A stretch of 64,000 bases of DNA from Promethearchaeota archaeon (lineage in GTDB: Archaea; Asgardarchaeota; Lokiarchaeia; Sigyniarchaeales; SOKP01). This document shows, one piece after another, positions 61,885 through 64,000 of this stretch. The stretch lies in NCBI GenBank assembly GCA_048937405.1, contig JBHLNF010000012.1, positions 22,002 through 86,001 of the forward strand, given 5' to 3'. Positions within the stretch are counted from its first letter, which is position 1; each line of letters opens with the position of its first letter. The notes beneath the pieces were generated by a model. That model was not told where the DNA came from. It saw nothing but the letters and a program-made list of their open reading frames with translations, and searched no databases. A program made the translations under genes and the position numbers.

Positions 61885-62685
61885 CTAGTATTCATCTTCA
61901 ACATTGATAGGACGTCCTGGACTGCCTTGATAATATACTTTTCTAGGTTTACCTCTCCAATTTTTATGCAAAACTGTATTTGGGTATATTACGTTATCAT
62001 CTGTAGTCAAAGCTCCACATCCCATAATAGTTCCGGGATAGAAAGTATTATTTTCACCAATTTTAATTTCCATAATTGTAATTTTTCCAAAAATAGTATT
62101 TACAGCATGACTAGATAGACTGGTAGTTGGATAAAAGAAAGAATTATCACCTATATCTGTGAATTCTAAACCTACATAGGAGTCCGTATAAATTACATTC
62201 TTACCAATTTTGTTATGACTAATTTTCCGAAGAGTCCGGTTAATAAGCCAAGGAAATGGAGATTTAGATGTTAACCACATAGGGAATTTTATAATAAACC
62301 CTCGTTTATGATAATATTTCATCATTTGACCTTCTTTACTTTTCGTATCATCAAGAACACGCTTAAACACCCCCTGCATTGGAGGAGATTTCTTATTCCA
62401 TTTACGAACCCATAAAGCTGTAAATTCAATTAAAATGATGAGATAAATATAGTAGAGAATCAAAAAAAAGATTGGTAAAAGAAAGATATGAATAATGGGA
62501 GGGATTGAAAACAAATTTATAAACCAATATTCAAATATCAAGAAAATTACTAAACAGACATAAAGAGGTACTAAAAAACTAAAAAGATTTATTTTAAAAA
62601 AATCTAGAACAGGAAGTTCAACTGTTTTTTCAAGTTTTTCTTCAAAACTTAAATTTAAATCTTTTTCCTGTTTAAGATCATTCAT
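61885..62685 (-). CDS. Membrane protein with C-terminal left-handed beta-helix (acyltransferase-like) domain
   Basis: Two TM helices, then KIGKNV, DIGDNS, KIGENN hexapeptide repeats and YYQGSPGRP. Confidence 0.7.
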   Translation of the reverse strand: MNDLKQEKDLNLSFEEKLEKTVELPVLDFFKINLFSFLVPLYVCLVIFLIFEYWFINLFSIPPIIHIFLLPIFFLILYYIYLIILIEFTALWVRKWNKKSPPMQGVFKRVLDDTKSKEGQMMKYYHKRGFIIKFPMWLTSKSPFPWLINRTLRKISHNKIGKNVIYTDSYVGLEFTDIGDNSFFYPTTSLSSHAVNTIFGKITIMEIKIGENNTFYPGTIMGCGALTTDDNVIYPNTVLHKNWRGKPRKVYYQGSPGRPINVEDEY

Positions 62686-62848
62686 AATACTATATTTGAA
62701 TATTGTATATAAAAAAATTATCCAAAAATCTTATTTTAATACTCTATTTAATTATTTATAGGATAAAATCCAAACTTTTTAAGTTAATAAATAATTTGAT
62801 TTTTCAAATTAGGAGTTGTTTCAATCTTATTTTATTATAGGGATTGCT

Positions 62849-64000
62849 ATGAAATTAACGATTTTTAAATATCCGAAATTATCACCATTATGGATTGCTG
62901 TCTTTATTGATATCATTGGATTTTCTATGATATTACCAATGGCTCCATTTATAGCAGAAAGTTTTTCTATTCCAATTTTTATTATGGGTATTGTACTTTC
63001 TGTAAACGCAATGTTTTCATTTGTATTTGGTCCAATTTTAGGAAAGCTAAGTGATAAATTTGGAAGAAAACCTCTACTTATAATTTCACAAGCTGGTACG
63101 TTTACGGGATTCCTTTTACTCGCATTTTCATCAAATTCAATATGGTTGTTAATAATCTCTCGGATTGTTGATGGGATCTTTGGAGGTAATTTTCCTATTG
63201 CTAAAGCAATCATAGGTGATGAAGTTCCTCCAAAAGATAGGAGTATTCAAATGGCAAATATAGGAGTCGCCCATGTTTTAGCTTCACTTATTGGTCCTGG
63301 CTTAGGGGGAACACTTTTTAGTATTGGCGGAATATTATTACCTGGATTATTTGCAGCAGGACTTTCTTTATTTACTATGATTATTACAATTACTATTCTA
63401 AATGAAACATGGCCAGAAGAAAAACGTGAATTGAATCAGGAATTAAAGAAAAATATCGTTATTAATATCACAAAAAACAAAAATGCGATGTGGTACTTAA
63501 CACTATGGGGCTTTCATACCGCCTCATTCATGATTACTATGGCTTCACTCTCATTTTTTGCAAAAATAGTTTTTGGTTTAAACGCTGGGGAGATTGGAAT
63601 TCTATTAATGATCTCTGGTATTTTTCGAGCTGGTGTACGATTTCTCCTATTTAAACCAACAATAACTAAACTCGGGGAAAATAATGCTCTAAAGGTTGGT
63701 TTAGCAATTTTTTTAATTTCTTTCTTCTTGATTGGATTCTCTATTAATTTAGTAATGTTTGTTGTTTTGATGTTGGTTATAAGTTTTGCTGCATCATTGA
63801 CTCGTGGACCGTTAAATAGTAAAATAAGTCAATCTGTATCTCCTGCAGAACAAGGAAAAATAAATGGATATTCCTCGGGTTTAGACAGCTTTGCCCAAAT
63901 TATTGGACCTTTACTTGGAACATTTATGCTGAATTTTTTTGAACCATATTTTTTAAGCTTTCTGATTAGTTCTATTGCCCTAGTTCCATTTTTAATGGGA
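62849..64000 (+). CDS. MFS transporter (DHA1/TetA-like), truncated by the window edge; absent from the ORF track
   Basis: ATG 62849, MKLTIFKYPKLSPLWIAVFIDIIGFSMILP...; motif A GKLSDKFGRKP; SRIVDGIFGG; IGPGLGG. Confidence 0.92.
   Translation, partial: MKLTIFKYPKLSPLWIAVFIDIIGFSMILPMAPFIAESFSIPIFIMGIVLSVNAMFSFVFGPILGKLSDKFGRKPLLIISQAGTFTGFLLLAFSSNSIWLLIISRIVDGIFGGNFPIAKAIIGDEVPPKDRSIQMANIGVAHVLASLIGPGLGGTLFSIGGILLPGLFAAGLSLFTMIITITILNETWPEEKRELNQELKKNIVINITKNKNAMWYLTLWGFHTASFMITMASLSFFAKIVFGLNAGEIGILLMISGIFRAGVRFLLFKPTITKLGENNALKVGLAIFLISFFLIGFSINLVMFVVLMLVISFAASLTRGPLNSKISQSVSPAEQGKINGYSSGLDSFAQIIGPLLGTFMLNFFEPYFLSFLISSIALVPFLMG

Noticed and set aside
62827-63213. 128-aa minus-strand ORF
   Set aside because: Antisense shadow of the plus-strand MFS gene starting at 62849
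1-64000. CRISPR array, rRNA, transposase or integrase
   Set aside because: No regularly spaced repeats, long GC-rich structural RNA or recombinase motifs were seen

Overview
AT-rich archaeal chromosomal window, almost certainly from an Asgard archaeon (Lokiarchaeia-like). The evidence is an ESCRT locus (Vps22/36-like, Vps25-like, Vps4, Vps2/24/46-like ESCRT-III) next to a Rab-like GTPase, longin/roadblock-like proteins, a Loki-CTERM-type surface protein and archaeal ribosomal proteins eS1/uS15. The window also holds two intron-containing tRNAs (Gly-GCC, Val-GAC), two tandem MCP genes, larB/larC/nikR, three ADP-forming acyl-CoA synthetase alpha subunits (two from a tandem duplication), a short alpha3-type histone, RNase III, cimA and housekeeping genes. 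A 16-kb operon joins a MacB/LolD-type ABC system to a large surface protein and a membrane-anchored subtilase. No CRISPR array, rRNA, integrase or transposase was seen. The top finding is absent from the ORF track: a 23-codon leader ORF with 12 Ile codons (55276-55347). It sits at the predicted transcription start of the isoleucine-pathway gene cimA and is followed by a 14-bp stem enclosing a U/C-rich tract, which makes it a candidate ribosome-coupled, isoleucine-sensing attenuator in an archaeon. Other notable points are a probable AUA-initiated truncated TFS-like protein, non-canonical tRNA intron positions, and a symmetric 3-heptad length difference between the MCP paralogs. All protein assignments come from motif recognition by eye, not database searches.
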